From Mobula hypostoma (Eukaryota): DNA of 64,000 bases. Location: assembly GCF_963921235.1 (NCBI RefSeq), contig NC_086097.1, positions 87,608,001 to 87,672,000 of the forward strand, given 5' to 3'. Position 1 is the first letter of the stretch. Each line of letters starts with the position of its first letter. Of this stretch, positions 11,906 to 25,405 are shown piece after piece. A program made the position numbers and the translations under genes. The notes below the pieces were generated by a model, which saw nothing but the letters and a program-made list of their open reading frames with translations, was not told the origin of the DNA and made no database searches.

Positions 11906-14900
11906 AAAACTTTTCCAGCTTTGGCCTTTTCAGTCTTAGCCAGCATTTCTGCTATTGTCTTACTTTGTATCTTCTCCTGTAGCTCAAAATTCTTTGAGCA
12001 ATACAGAGCTCAGAATGAAGAACTTCTCTGTCTAGGAAGGAGAAAGTTGAAAGGTGACCTGATATAGAGACAGTTGTGGCAAATGTCAAAAGTGCTTGAA
12101 GGGAAAGCTAAATTTTTGCACCTAAGGGGAGTATCTTAACCTTATTAAAGACTCGAGTAACACCAGAATTGACTGGTTCAGCTGAAAAGCCTTTTTCTAT
12201 GGTTTGCATTCCATGGATTCAACTGGATATTTTTAGAATATAATATACAAAGACTTGGAGATTGTCTTTTCCCTGTTTAGTAGGTATTTCAACACCTTTT
12301 ATGCAGTAGATCTGGATCACTTTCACATTACTATTTTGAGCATGCTGCCTCAAGGCATTGTACTTTTCTGTTTAAAGTGAGTTTTTCTAGTTCAGGATGC
12401 ATAATTTTCACTCCAATAATTTAAGTCTACCTACCTGGGCAACTACTTATTGATAGCTGTGGTCAGCTAGCTGTCAGCTGTGTAGAAATTATAGTTGTCA
12501 AAAGGAATTACTTAGTAACTTTGACTCCTACAGTTAGTTCTGGTTAATGTGACATGCAGACAGGAGGGGATTTTGGCAGTTGTCAAGAAAATAGTATTGT
12601 TGGAATTTACTGATACACATCCCATTTAGTTGATCAGGCTGGTTGTTTGAAATTATCTTGAAATCCCAGAACCTGTATTAGATTACTGAATCTGCTTTGT
12701 TCGGTTGATTCTGTTTATGTATATGCTGATCTTCACCTGTTAGTTCCTGGGAAACTTGATGGATTTTTTATGAATGCTTAGGTGTCTTCCCAACTACCTC
12801 AGGACTTCCTAAATCAGCACATGTTCTGCTCCCAATAGTAGTGCATTTTGATTGTGACATAATTGCCCGAAGAAATGCACAGTGATATCAAGACATGGAG
12901 ATTCTGTTCCGGGACTGCAGAAGATCAGAATGCACCTTTGCCTGAATTAATGTCACAGCAAGATCCATTCTGGTTAGACTAGTGAGGTTAGGGTTACTAT
13001 TGGGGATAAGGGGGATTTAACAGGAGGTGGTCATAAAAGGTGAGTTTAGCTGTTTACATTACCAGATGCTTCAGGGACAGGGGACTTTGAGCCAAGTCAA
13101 AGATGAAAGAGTGATGTGGCGGGAGGGTGTGGTAGAGAACATGAGGTAAAACAGCAGATAGGCTTTGAAACATGCCTCCTAAACTGTCATTTAGGGCTTT
13201 CAAAAGATACTTAAGGGAAAAAATAATAATTTGCAAGGATTGGGGGAGAGACCTGGAGAATAGGATTGATGGAGTTACTTTTTTGAAAGCTATGTTGGAC
13301 AAAATGAGCTTCATCTGTGCCATAGGAATTCTGTGGAACAGTCATTTGCAGCAAATTTGCAGATCTGGAAGTTTACTTATTGCACAGCCAATGGTATGAA
13401 AGCAGGAACTTTTCTCATGTTCTGTTGCCAGGGTGTCATCTTGAAGCAATCTCAAACCAAAGAGATGTTTTTATTTGCCCCTGTAACTCTCTCCGTTCTG
13501 ATCTTAACAATTTTGTAGAGACTGATTTACTCTGAAACCTACACTTGGTTTGGTATAGGTAGAATATGGGTGATGATCGTATATCCATTATTACAAGAGG
13601 AGTTTTCTTTACATGTCGGGAAGTGGATACGTGGTTCTGTTAATTTTCTTCTCTTGCTGCTTGGAATTGAAACTGTTAACTGGTACAAATCATTGTGTGT
13701 TAGGCATGAAAGAATGCAGGAAACAACCATGTTCCAACCCAGTACTCATGAAGCCTGCAGGCTGCAAGCCCTACACCTTGTGTACAGCATTATAGTTCCA
13801 ATCATTGCTGCCAGCTTTGCCATTTAAAAAAAAATCTTATCTATTCTTTGGAATTAAGAAGTTGCATAATATGTGAAACATCTGTTTTCTTTTTAACAAA
13901 CCTGGTAAAGCTGTTGGTATCTTAGACATGAGGTAATGATGTTACTTTTTGGAAATGGTGATAGTGATGGGGTGGGGAGGAAACTAATAGGATTTCAATT
14001 CTGTGATTAAGTGAGCTATCAATATTGTAAGAATGTGTTTACAATTCAACTGCAGCAGAATTTATAGTTCTAGTTAAAATGCAGAAGGTTATGTTTGTGC
14101 TGGCACAAGATGAGCACAGGAAGATCACTTTGGGCTATGCTCTCGGGAAATATTTCAGAATATTATTTTCAAATCCCAATATCCTCATAAGAGAACGGAC
14201 TGAAGAATTAGAAGCAAATTATTTTTGCTGTGTGGTCTATTTGTTGAATTCAATTCAGTTTTGATGTTTTTCTTGGATGTGCTATTTCAGGGTGATGGAA
14301 CTGTTCCAAAGTTCATATTGTTTAAATGAAAAAGTACAGAAATACTTGAACAAAAGGGACATTTGGAGACTGTGATCAACTGTCTTAAATGCAGTAAAAT
14401 TTTGACTGGGATAGTCATAGGCTATTTTTACTACGTATTAACTATTCTTCAAAAAGTTACTTGCGAGTTTTATTTTTCCATTGGCTAGGGTAAAACTGGC
14501 ATAATGGGAAATAGTTGCTTTTGCTACTTGCGCTGGCAGCTTGTAACTTTTGAATGCATAACAGGCATCCCTTATAATAGATGATCAAAGGAATTTTCGC
14601 CTTTCATCAGGTAATTGATCTTAGCCACAGGATTAGCAACAAACTTCAAAATTGATATTGGTTGGTAGTGTCAAGTTTAAAGGGGAGATAAATTGGTAAG
14701 GGTTCTGTTTCCAATTGCTTATTGGACACTTTGCCTATTGCTTGTATGCATTTTCAATTGGTATGTTAGGTTTCCTCTCTCTCTTCCTTGCTGACTAAAC
14801 AACCTGGTTCACTCCAAGAACAACTTGGCTACTTTAACACAGAAACACGTCACAGGCCATCTAACAATGATGTAATTAAAGAAATGCAAACCTACTTATT

Positions 14901-15421
14901 TGGCAGAGCAATGAAAGTTCGGTGGAAGAGGTCATGAAAGGAAGTGAGGGAAGTGCAGAAGCAAAGGGATTTGGGGAAGGAAAAGCAGCATAAAATTGTG
15001 AGGGGTGTAGACTTGGCCGGCTGGATTAATTGGGTAGATTCTCAAATGCATCAACTGTGATGGGAGTTGTTGAGCGACAGTAGTTGGAGGGCAATAGGAA
15101 GGGGAAGGGGCAAGGCCTTGTGAGTTTTTGCTTCCGAGAAATCCTTGAAAATTGGTGGCTGTAATAATGTTTTTTGCATAGTGTAGCTACCTGATTTCCA
15201 ATTACTTCCACCAGTGCTGACAAATTTGTAATCAGTTACAGCTCTTTCAGATATTTTGGGATTTTTGTGAGCCCCTCAGATCTAACCGAGATTGGGGCTG
15301 CATGTATTTGTGTTGTGTAGGATTTCACAAGTTAAGTGGATGCAATATGAATTTTCTGGCCCATTTAATGCTTTGTTTAAAATCCTAGTCTTAGCATAAA
15401 ACCTAAGTGCTTTCAGTAGAG

Positions 15422-16535
15422 CAGCGGTCCCCAGCCACCGGGCCATGGACTAGTACCGGGCCACGAGGAAACGATATGAGTCAGCTGCACCTTTCCTCAT
15501 TCCCTGTCACGCGCACTGTTGAACTTTGACGCACGCGTCATCCATGTCAGCGTGGGAAGAAGATCAACTCCTCGAGCTTGCAGATGACGGCGGGCTGAAA
15601 AGTATGTTTGACATAACATCTCTGCTGGCATTCTGGATCAAAGTCAAGGCTAAATATCCCGAGATAGCCATGAAAGCACAGAAAACGTTGCTTCCATTTC
15701 CAATATATCTCTGCGATGAATGCAACGAAAACTAAATTGCGAAATAGACTGGACGTAAGGAATCCCCTTCGAGTATTGCTGTCTCCCATCACCCCTCGAT
15801 GAAACCATCTTGTTGCAGGAAAACAAGCCCAGGGCTCCCACTGATTCAGCGATATTGGTGTGTTGCAATGATTTTATATGTTCGTATGGGGAAAATATGT
15901 GCTGTGTGTTTAATATCCAAACGTTACTTAAAATGTTATGATGCTATTGACTTATATAACAATATAACAATTACAGCATAGAAAAAGGCCATGTCTGTCC
16001 TGCTAGTCCATGCCGAGCGCTACTCTCACCTAGTCCCATCGACCTGCACTCAGCCCATAACCCTCCATTCCTTTCCTGTCCATATACCTATCCAATTTTT
16101 CTTTAATGATAATATAGAACCTGCCTCTATTGCTTCTACTGGAAGTTCATTCAACACTTACTTCAAGCTCCCCGTCCTCCCCTGATAATTGATTTATCAC
16201 TATATTCATGAGAGGAAAATGTGCGCTGTGTGTTTAATATTAAATTCGTTAGATAAAACCTTTTAGAAACGAAATTGAGTGTATTAGCCACTTATCACCT
16301 ATATTCCGGTCGTGATTAACCCCTCCCCCCGAACAAAATTGCTAAAACGATTTGTAGGAAAAAAATTGGCACGTACGCGCATGCATATTGGTTCCCGCAC
16401 AAGGCTTCACGGTCATTGTAGTTTTTCTTGGGGGGAAAAAATGTATTTGACTGCTACTTTTGTCTGTTGCCAACCCTACTCTTAACCCCCCCTGGATCGG
16501 CCGGTCCGCAGTGCAAAAATGGTTGGGGAACCCTG
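15422..16535 (+). mobile_element. Non-autonomous hAT-Charlie-type transposon
   Basis: TIR CAGCGGTCCCCAGCC / GGTTGGGGAACCCTG; perfect 8-bp TSD CAGTAGAG at 15414-15421 and 16536-16543; hATC dimerisation remnant inside. Confidence 0.9.
15550..15845 (+). pseudogene. hAT transposase C-terminal (hATC dimerisation) remnant
   Basis: EEDQLLELADDGGLKSMFDITSLLAFWIKVKAKYPEIAMKAQKTLLPFP, then after a frameshift TKLRNRLDV...QAQGSH*, typical of Charlie/Buster ends. Confidence 0.8.
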
Positions 16536-17569
16536 CAGTAGAGTATGAATTCTTATGTGGTGTAATTTCCACAATTCCTAGAAGATTCAGTGCCAGACTT
16601 GGTTACCATGCTGTATTTTCTCAAAGACTTAAGCAGCAACTTAATGGAAGTCTTTGATAAATGGGTTGGATGGGACAGACATGAGGAGTGTGGATTGAAG
16701 TCATAATTATAATTCCCATAGGCCAGAAAAATGTCTTTTCCCAAAGAATGGTTAATGAGAGAATCTGCCTCTGTTGGAAGAAGATGAGGCAAAAATCTTG
16801 GGCACTTTCAGGAGTCGATGTGAACATACAAGGGAAATAGAAGGATATATGATGGAAGGCTGTGGTAAACTGAATGAAATAAAAGGAGACTTTTGGTAAA
16901 TATAAATACTAGTGTATAGTAATGGAAATAAATGTCTCATCTCTGTGCTGTGTGTTTTATGTAATGCTGGAAGAAGTTCAGCAGAACTAGCCTTGGATGG
17001 CCATGCTTTAAAAACAGAAAATACTTGTGAAGAGTTTAGAATTATATAAACAGAGAAGGAGCCTGCTTCTCATTAAGCCTGTACCACTGCAATGTTTGTT
17101 TGCAAATATGTGTGTAGCATTTGATGGTTATTTTCATGATATCTCCTATTTAACTTAAGGGAAATTGAAATGTAACTAAAATACCCATTGACTCTCTGAT
17201 CTGAAAATCTAAATAAAACTTCATGAAATATATATTCTTTGATCCACTGTGGTGAAATGTTGACCAAAATGGGCGTAGCAACAAAATTACGGCTTGAGAA
17301 TTGTGCATGTTATCCTGTGCTACAGAACAACTTCTTGGTATGTTATTGGTAGAAGATATGTTGTGATTTTATTTCTTCTGCCCATCTATGCTACATCTTT
17401 ACAGCAGTTATTGCAGTATTTTACTTTGCTTTCTTGCACTTCAGTTGTCCTTTTGTACATTGCCCAATTTGGTAAACTGTAGAAATGTTGTTCATCAGGG
17501 CTTGTAATAGAGAAGAAGGTCACTTAGACCATGCCTCTTCTCAGATTAATTGCATTCCCCACGGCTCCA

Positions 17570-18965
17570 ATAACAAATAATAAGTAGTGCAAAAAGAGAG
17601 CAAAACAAAGTGAGAATAGTGTTCATGGGTTTGTAGATTGTTCAAAAATCTGATGGCAGAGGGGAAGAAGTGTGCCTATCATTGAGTGTGTGTCTTCAGG
17701 CTCCTGTACCTTCTCCCCATGTTAGCAGCTAGAAGAGGGCATGTCCTAGGTGTTGGAGGCCCTTATTGATGGATTGCATTTTTGAAGGTTTCCTCAATGC
17801 TCAGGAGGCTAGTGCCCATGACAGAACTGGCTTGACTTTGTAACCTTCTGCAGCTTTTTCTGATCCTGTGCATTGGCTCCTCCATACCAGATGGTGATGC
17901 AACCAAATAGAATGCTCTCCACAATATGTCAGTAAAAAGATTCAAGAGTCTTTGGTGACATACTAAATGTCCTCAAACTCCTAGTGAAACATAGCCTTTG
18001 TTGTACTTTCTTTTTAATTGCATCAGTGTGTTGGACCTAGAATACATCTTTAGCGATGTTGACACCCAGGAGCTTGAAACTGCTCATCCTTTCCACTGCT
18101 GATTCCTTGGTGAGGACTGGTGTGTGTTCTCTCAACTTCCCCTTCCTGAAGTCCACACTCAATTCCTTGGTCTTTCTGATGCTGAGTACTAAGTTGTTGC
18201 AGCTCTACTCAACCAGCTTATCTACTGTATAATTTCCTCATCATCATCTGCGATTCTGCCAACTGTAGTTGTGTCATCAGCAAATTTTTAGGTGGCGTTT
18301 TTGAGCTGTGCCTAGCCACACAGTTGTGAGTGTAGAGCGAGTAGAGCAATGGGCTAAGCACGCATCCTTGAATTGTGCAGATGTTAATCATCAGCAAGTA
18401 GATGTTGTTTCCACTCTGCACTGACTATAGTCTCCTGATGAAGTCCAGTTGCAGAGGGAGGTACAGAGGCCCAGATTTGAAGCTTATTGATTAATACTGA
18501 GGGTAGGATGATGTTGAATGCTGAGCTATAATCAGTAAACAGCAATCTGGTGTAGGTATTGCTGTTCTTCCAGTTAGTCTTAGGCTGCATGGAGAGCCAG
18601 TGAAATTATTCTGCTGCACACCTATTGTGCCAATAGACAAATTGTGGTGGGTCCAGGTCCTTGCTCAGGCAGTGTTTGATTCTAGCTATGACCAACCTCT
18701 CAGTCGGTGTCACTGCAACTGAGTGATAGTCATTGAGGCAACTCACCCTGCTCTTCTTCAGCATTGGTATGATTGTTGCCTCTTTGAGGCAGATGAGAAC
18801 TAACAACTGCAGCACTAACAGATTGAACACGTCCTTGAGCACTTCCATCAGTTGGCCGGCACAGGTTTTCAGTGCCCTACCAGGTACACTATCGGGGCTT
18901 GACTCCTTGCTTCTTGAATGATGTTCTGACATCAGCGTCTGAAACTGCAGAGTCACCGGATGCTG
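17570..18965 (-). mobile_element. Rex1/Babar LINE, degenerate RT to 3' UTR
   Basis: Minus ORFs: IIPMLKKSRVSCLNDYHSVA; RLLFTDYSSAFNII; QGCVLSPLLYSLYTHNC. Confidence 0.9.
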
Positions 18966-19726
18966 CAGGGATCAGCAGTAAAGATCAGGATTGAACCCGG
19001 TCACTAGCACTGTAAGGCAGCACTGCTAACTGCAGTACTGTGCTGGTCATTATGCTGTGATGGGCTACTGGATTACACCACCATCTGTCATCATTACCCT
19101 AGAACGCTGAGGCAGGTTGTACTTTATAACTTTATGTTTTTATAAAACTTCTCTATCTTAACTTTATAAAAAAAAAGTCCATATTGGAATTTAAACTCAG
19201 GAATATATTTTTTCCTCTTTATAGTTTTCATTTATTGTGCAGCTAATTAAAGAATAGGCTAATAGTAGAATAATCTAGACTTGAGTGGAGGTTGCAGAAA
19301 CTGTGACTTTGAACTTTGAACATTCATACAAAAAATGTGTTGATTTTGTGGTGTTCCCTGGTTGGAAATGTTCATTGGATTACTTCAGTCAAAAGTAGTT
19401 ACCGTTCTAGCAATCTGTTACCAGCTATTCTTCCAGATCAGCTTTCCCTATCGTTGCCAGTTTATGCTTACTTTTTTTTTTAAGTACCACAGACATATTG
19501 GCTAAGAAGAGAATAGGATAGGGTTGTACTTTGCTAAATTTGTGTTGTACAGTAAAGATTCTTATGTGATCAGTGTTACTTTGTAAAGTTTCAAGATTCA
19601 AGGTAGTTTAATGTCATTTCCAGTACACAATGTAAAGGAGGGCAAAATAATTGTTACTCAGGATCTGATGCAGCACAAAAAATCACAATAAGATAAAGAA
19701 CACCATGATAAGAGCACATAATAACA

Positions 19727-19871
19727 TGTGGCTGGTGTTGTAGAGGCATCAACACTGGACCTGAGTTTGAATCTGGCTGGGTCCCAACCTGGGCAGCAGC
19801 AGTACCTGTATCTTGCCAGGAAAGCCCTATGGACAATACACTATCCATAGGGTCGCCATAAGTTGGGGACC
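19727..19871 (+). mobile_element. Short tRNA-derived SINE with RTE-like tail
   Basis: Head ggctggtgttgtagaggcatcaacactggac...gagtttgaatc is related to the 10265-10541 head; tail ccatagggtcgccataagttg resembles RTE/Bov-B-type 3' ends. Confidence 0.55.
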
Positions 19872-19883
19872 ATAACAAATATA

Positions 19884-21484
19884 CAAACTCCATTTCCAGA
19901 AAAGTTGGGATATTTTCCAAAATGCAATAAAAACAAAAATCTGTGATATGTTAATTCATGTGAATCTTTATTTAACTGATAAAAGTACAAAGAAAAGATT
20001 TTCGATAAATTTACTGACCAACTTAATTGTATTTTGTAAACATACACAAATTTAGAATTTGATGGCTGCAACACACTCAACAAAAGTTGGGACAGAGGCA
20101 TGTTTACCATTGTGTTACATCACCTTTCCTTTTAATAACACTTTTTAATCGTTTTGGAACTGAGGATACTAATTGTAGTAGATTTGCAATTAGAAATTTT
20201 GTCCATTCTTGCTTGATATAAGACTTCAGCTGCTCAACAGTCCGTGGTCTCCATTGTCTGATTCTCCTCTTCATGATGCGCCATACATTTTCAATAGGAG
20301 ATAGATCTGGACTGGCAGCAGGCCAGTCAAGCACATGCACTCTGTGTCTACAAAGCCACACTGTTGTAGCCCGTGCAGAATGTGGTCTGGCATTGTCCTG
20401 CTGAAATAAGCATGGACGTCCTGGGAAGAGACGTCGCCTTGATGACAACATATGTCTCTCTAAAATCCTAATATACGCCTCAGAGTCAATGGTACCTTCA
20501 CATACATGCAACTCACCCATGCTGTGGGCACTGATGCACCCCCATACCATCACAGATGCTGGCTTTTGCACCTTTCGCTGATAACAATGTGGATGGTCGT
20601 TTTCATCTTTGGCACGGAGAACTTGACGCCCATTTTTTCCGAAAACTAGCTGAAATGTGGACTCATCTGACCACAGCACACAGTTCCACAGTCTTTCAGT
20701 CCATCTGAGATGAGCTCGGGCCCAGAGAACTCACCGGCGTTTCTGCATAGAGTTGATGTATGGCTTCCTCCTTGCGTAATACAGTTTCAAGTTGCATTTC
20801 TGGATGCAGCGACGGACTGTGTTGAGTGACAATGGTTTTCCAAAGTACTCCCGAGTCCAGGTGGCTATAATTGTCACAGTAGCATGACGGTTTCTTAGGC
20901 AGTGCCGCCCGAGGGCTCGAAGATCACGTGCATTCAACAGTGGTTTCTGACCTTGCCCTTTACGCACTGAGATGTCTCTGAATTCTCTGAATCTTTTTAC
21001 AATATTATGTACTGTAGATGTTGAAAGACCTAAAATCTCTGCAATCTTGCGTTGAGAAATGTTCCTTTTGAACTGACTAACAATTCTCTCATGAATTTTG
21101 GCACAAAGGGGTGAGCCATGACCCATCCTTGCTTGCAAAGACTTAGCCTTTGATGGATGCTACTTTTATACCCAGTCATGATACCTCACCTGCTACCAAT
21201 TAGCCTGCTTAATGTGGAGTCTTCCAAACTGGTGTTACTTGAATATTCTGTGCACATTTCAATCTTATTTTAACTCTGTCCCAACTTTTGAGTGTGTTGC
21301 AGCCATCAAATTCTAAATTTGTGTATATTTACAAAATACAATTAAGTTGGTCAGTAAAACTATTGAAAATCTTTTCTTTGTACTTTTGTCAGTTAAATAA
21401 AGGTTCACGTGAATTAACATATCACAGATTTTTGTTTTTACTGCATTTTGGAAAATATCCCAACTTTTCTGGAAATGGGGTTTG
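19884..21484 (-). mobile_element. Full-length Tc1 (DD34E) DNA transposon, 1601 bp
   Basis: ~210-bp TIRs (CAAACTCCATTTCCAGAAAAGTTGGGAT... / ...ATCCCAACTTTTCTGGAAATGGGGTTTG) with an inner AAAAGTTGGGA repeat; TA at 19882-19883 and 21485-21486. Confidence 0.97.
20104..21126 (-). pseudogene. Tc1 transposase, 340 codons with one in-frame TGA (20733-20731)
   Basis: ORFs 20731-21138 and 20104-20679 are in the same frame; HTH region, WSDES, QQDNARPH and SPDLSPIENVW with 34 residues between D and E. Confidence 0.93.
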
Positions 21485-24458
21485 TATATACGCAAGATAG
21501 CTTATGTCCATAAAATGACACTAGGCACAGGAGTGTATGTACATAAGGTGACTCTAACAGGAAATGTGGTGGGGGGTGGCAGTTAGTAGGTGAAGGTGCT
21601 TATCAGTCTTGCTGCTTGGGAAGGGTAACTGTTTTTATCAATTGTGTATTCTGCGTAGCCTTTTCCTTGATGGGAGTGGGACAGACAATCCATGAGCAGG
21701 GTTGGTGGGATCCTTCATGATGTTTCCGGCCTTATTCTGGCACCTTTCTGTATATACGCCCTTCATGATGGGTAGGCTGGTGCAGGTAATACATTGGGCA
21801 GTTTTGACTGCGTGTTGTAGAGCCTCCTGTTCATCACAGTGCAGTTCCATACTATACAGCATGTTAGGATGCTCTGTACTGTGCATCTGTAGAAAGATGC
21901 GAGAAAAGATGTGCAAAGTCCAGCTCTCTTCAGCCTCCTCAGAAAATGGAGCCATTGGTGCAAGATGTGTACATATTTCCAGGAGTTTGAAATTGCTTGC
22001 AGTTTCCACTACTGTGTCACCAATGTAAAGAGGGGTGTGAGTGGTGCAAGATATCCTGGGGTCGATAACCATCTCCTTTTGTCTTGTTGACATTGTGGAA
22101 GAGTTTATTTGCTTGGTACCATGCCTTGAACTCCTCCACCTCCTCTCTGAGGGCAGTCTGATCGCTGTTGGCGATGAGCCCTGGCACTGTCTTGTCATTG
22201 GCAAACTTGACTTTGTGAGAATTGGGGCATATGGCTGTGCAGTCATGTGTGAGCAGAGTGCACGGCAATGGACTCAGCACACAGCCCTGGCGGGGGGGGG
22301 GGGCACATGTGTTGAGGATGATAGGGAAGGAACACATCCTGACTATCTGAGATGTGTTGGTTAGGAAGTCCACACAGAGTTGCACAGTGGTGTATTTAGA
22401 CCGACAAGTGAATGACAGACACTATAGCACAGATTTTTCTGCAACCTCTTGCTGTCCAGTTTCTAATTTAGTGATGCTATGAATTGGGAACCACAAGTAA
22501 ATCCTTTTCTTTGGACCATCTGATTCATTCTCTGATATACGTGTCAGAATGCTTAACATACTTCATAGGAACAAAGTGATTAAATTAGTTCAATTTGCCC
22601 ACAGTATATCAATAAATAAATATACTTTCATAGTAGTGTATAAAGTAAACAGCACAGAATTTAAACATTTAGTTCTCCTGACTAGTATGTACTAGTACAT
22701 ACATTTAGTAAAAGTCTCTTCATTTCATTTCATTCTGTTTACTTTGGCTTTGTATCATATCCTTGTATTCCACTATCATGTTCTCATCCACTCCTGAAAG
22801 TGTCCAAGCTATTTACCTTCTCCCCAAAGCCAAAGTTCATTAATCAGTCTTTGGGGAAGGACATTTTTCTTTATTTGCGTACTTGATTTTTGTGCAATTA
22901 TCACGATTTCAATCCAACCTCTTCACATCTGTCCCATCCAACCCATTTATTTAAGATTTCCACTAGATCACTCCATAAGTCCTTGAGAAAGCATGTGCAC
23001 ATACACATCTGTCTCTGTCTCTACGTCCCCACCCCCCCCGCCCGCCGATCCCTTTGTTTCACTCTCAGCATTTTGAGTAACTGAAAACTGGTTTACCCAG
23101 TGTTTAACCCAAGGACAAGCAGCACTGCAGTAAGAGAACAGGTGCATGTTTGTCCTGAACAAACTAAAAGCTTAAAAAAAACTATTGTCAAGCTCAGAAT
23201 AGGAGAATGATATAAAACCTCGGGGAATCCCTCAGAAATAGTGGCCTCCAAATTAGATTTCCTCGTGTTTGCACCCCCAAATTAAAATGGGATTCCTCTG
23301 ATTTTGCAGTGGTGGTTTTTAGAGAGGTGGGAAAGGTGATGATAGTGTGCATTTGCCATGGTGTCAGTGACGCATGCTGCTTGAGGCACTCTGGTTTGCA
23401 CAGAGTGTGAGAAGTTGTGAGACAAGTTGGAGCTAGGCTTCATTGTCTTTAGTGTGCAAATCACGAATAGGGATTTCCCAGCAAATGCTGAATGAGGTTC
23501 TTTCACTCTTCAGAGACTTTGAAGTTAGCATCTGAGTTCATTGCCTCAGAGCGTGAATGAAAACTCAACCTCTGAAGAGCAGGCACCTGTGGCTTTCAAT
23601 ACTTCTTCTCAGCTTCTTCCAATCAAAGTCATCACCTTGAATGAACGCTCCCTTTTTGTGTGGAAGCTCACAGCATTTGTATATTCAGCTAGAGTTCCTG
23701 CTGGCTGGACTTGAATGATGATGATTCTAGCAGTAGGGAGCCAACAGTTATGGATGTGTCTAGCCATTTTCTATTAATCCCAAATTGCGTTTCAAGTATC
23801 TTTTAAAGTTGAGAATTAACTTTTTTTTTGGAAATTCAATTTCTAATTTAACAGCATTATTGTAACACAAGGAAAATATAAGCTATAAAGCTAAGTGTTG
23901 TAATAGGTTGCACGCTGGCATTGATCAGCACACATTTGTTATACCAATAGGTGTTCAATGCATGGAAAATGCTCTCTAATAGAATCAACCCCTTTTGTCA
24001 TTCGAGCCTCTTAGGCTGGAAGTACCATAGGCATGAATTTCAACTAAGAATGTAGTTGATGTGATTTTGTTCTAAATGTGGATGGCTGTCTTTTGTGTTG
24101 AACAATGTGCACAGTTCCTCGAAAGGAGCAGGAAGTGTCCATTAGCTAATAATGTATAGTCTGTACATACTGTTAAATTCTGTCAGTGCTCCATAAATTA
24201 ATATGGGAAAAAAACATTAATTGTGAATCTTGAGAACGGGGCCGAAACATTATCCATGTAGATTGATCTTTTTTGTTGAGAACTGTGCATTACAATGTGA
24301 ATTCATCTACTAGATACAGAGTTGTTATCTTTTTAAAGGCACAGATTATAAACTTAGAACTCACTGAGAAATCAGATATCCTTTGAACTGTTGATCAATA
24401 TACATGGCAGCATTATCACTGTGTCTGGGATAATGGTTTATCACATTATCGTCTAAAT

Positions 24459-24525
24459 CAGGGGGTCCACGGACCCCTTGCTGAATGGCATTGGTACATG
24501 GCATAAAAAAGGTTGGGAACCCCTG
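24459..24525. mobile_element. Tiny hAT-type MITE (partially deleted)
   Basis: CAGGGG...GGTTGGGAACCCCTG; imperfect 8-bp TSD gtctaaat/atctaagt; homologous to 38486-38565. Confidence 0.65.
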
Positions 24526-24765
24526 ATCTAAGTCATTAATATGGATGATAAAGAACAACAGACCCAGCACCAATCCCTGCTGCACACCACTAGTTATAGG
24601 CCTCTAATCAGACAGGCAACCATCTGCTACCACTATCCTGCTTCTATCTTAACTTTATAAAAACATTGAATCCTTTTGACAACTTTATCCTGAATGCCAA
24701 GTGACTTAGCCTTCTGGCCCTGCCTCCCATGCATGACTTTGTCAAAGGTCTTGTCTAAAGTCTAT

Positions 24766-25405
24766 GGGCTGATTTATACTTCTGCGTAGGCTCTACGCCG
24801 TTCCCTACGCAAGTGACCTACGCCGTTGTGAGCATTTATACTTGTGTGTTGGTGTCTGCGTTGCTGTGCAATTCACTGCCAAAACGCTAGCTGGTGGTGG
24901 GGGTTTTTATGCCACTGTGTTGAGTTTCTTTGTGTTGAGTTTCTTTGTGTACTTTCAACAATGGCGGCAGAAACTGAGCACATCATGTTGGAGTTGGAGC
25001 TAATAAACGTTGAACAAGAGTTACTTTTATTGAAATTACTGCAATGCAGAAAAGAGAGAAGACGTCGGAGGAGATGGTGTGTATGACCATTAACGGATTG
25101 AGGCGGAAGGAGGGTGAATTTTCTGTGCTTGTCCGGCCACTGAGAGACATGGACGAGGAAATGCATTTCAAATATTTTTGGATGACGGAAGGTAGATTTG
25201 ACGATTTGATTCATCATTCAGAAGCAACCAGAAATGTGTAGGCGGAAATGCGATGCTATCAAGTGGACCAATCACAGTTGTTGCGGTCTGCATCGCCACG
25301 ATGCGTAGTTACATTTTTGGGAAGGTGCGCGTCAGGCTACGGCGTAGGGTACGCAGCTACGCTGTACCTATAGCGTAGATTTGACGCAGAAGTATAAATT
25401 GGCCT
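24766..25405 (+). mobile_element. Non-autonomous PIF/Harbinger element (640 bp) with transposase N-terminal remnant
   Basis: TIR GGGCTGATTTATACTTCTGCGT / ACGCAGAAGTATAAATTGGCCT; 3-bp TSD TAT (24763-24765, 25406-25408); RRRRRRWCV...[30 protein letters not shown] resembles Harbinger transposase N-termini. Confidence 0.85.

Larger units (their letters stand above)
19588..22400 (-). mobile_element. Rex1/Babar LINE 3' portion, split by a SINE and a Tc1 insertion
   Basis: Tail ttcaagattcaag at ~19590; body resumes after 21486 with minus ORFs QGCVLSPLPCTLLTHDC...KFANDKT and MKDPTNPAHGLSVPLPS. Confidence 0.8.
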
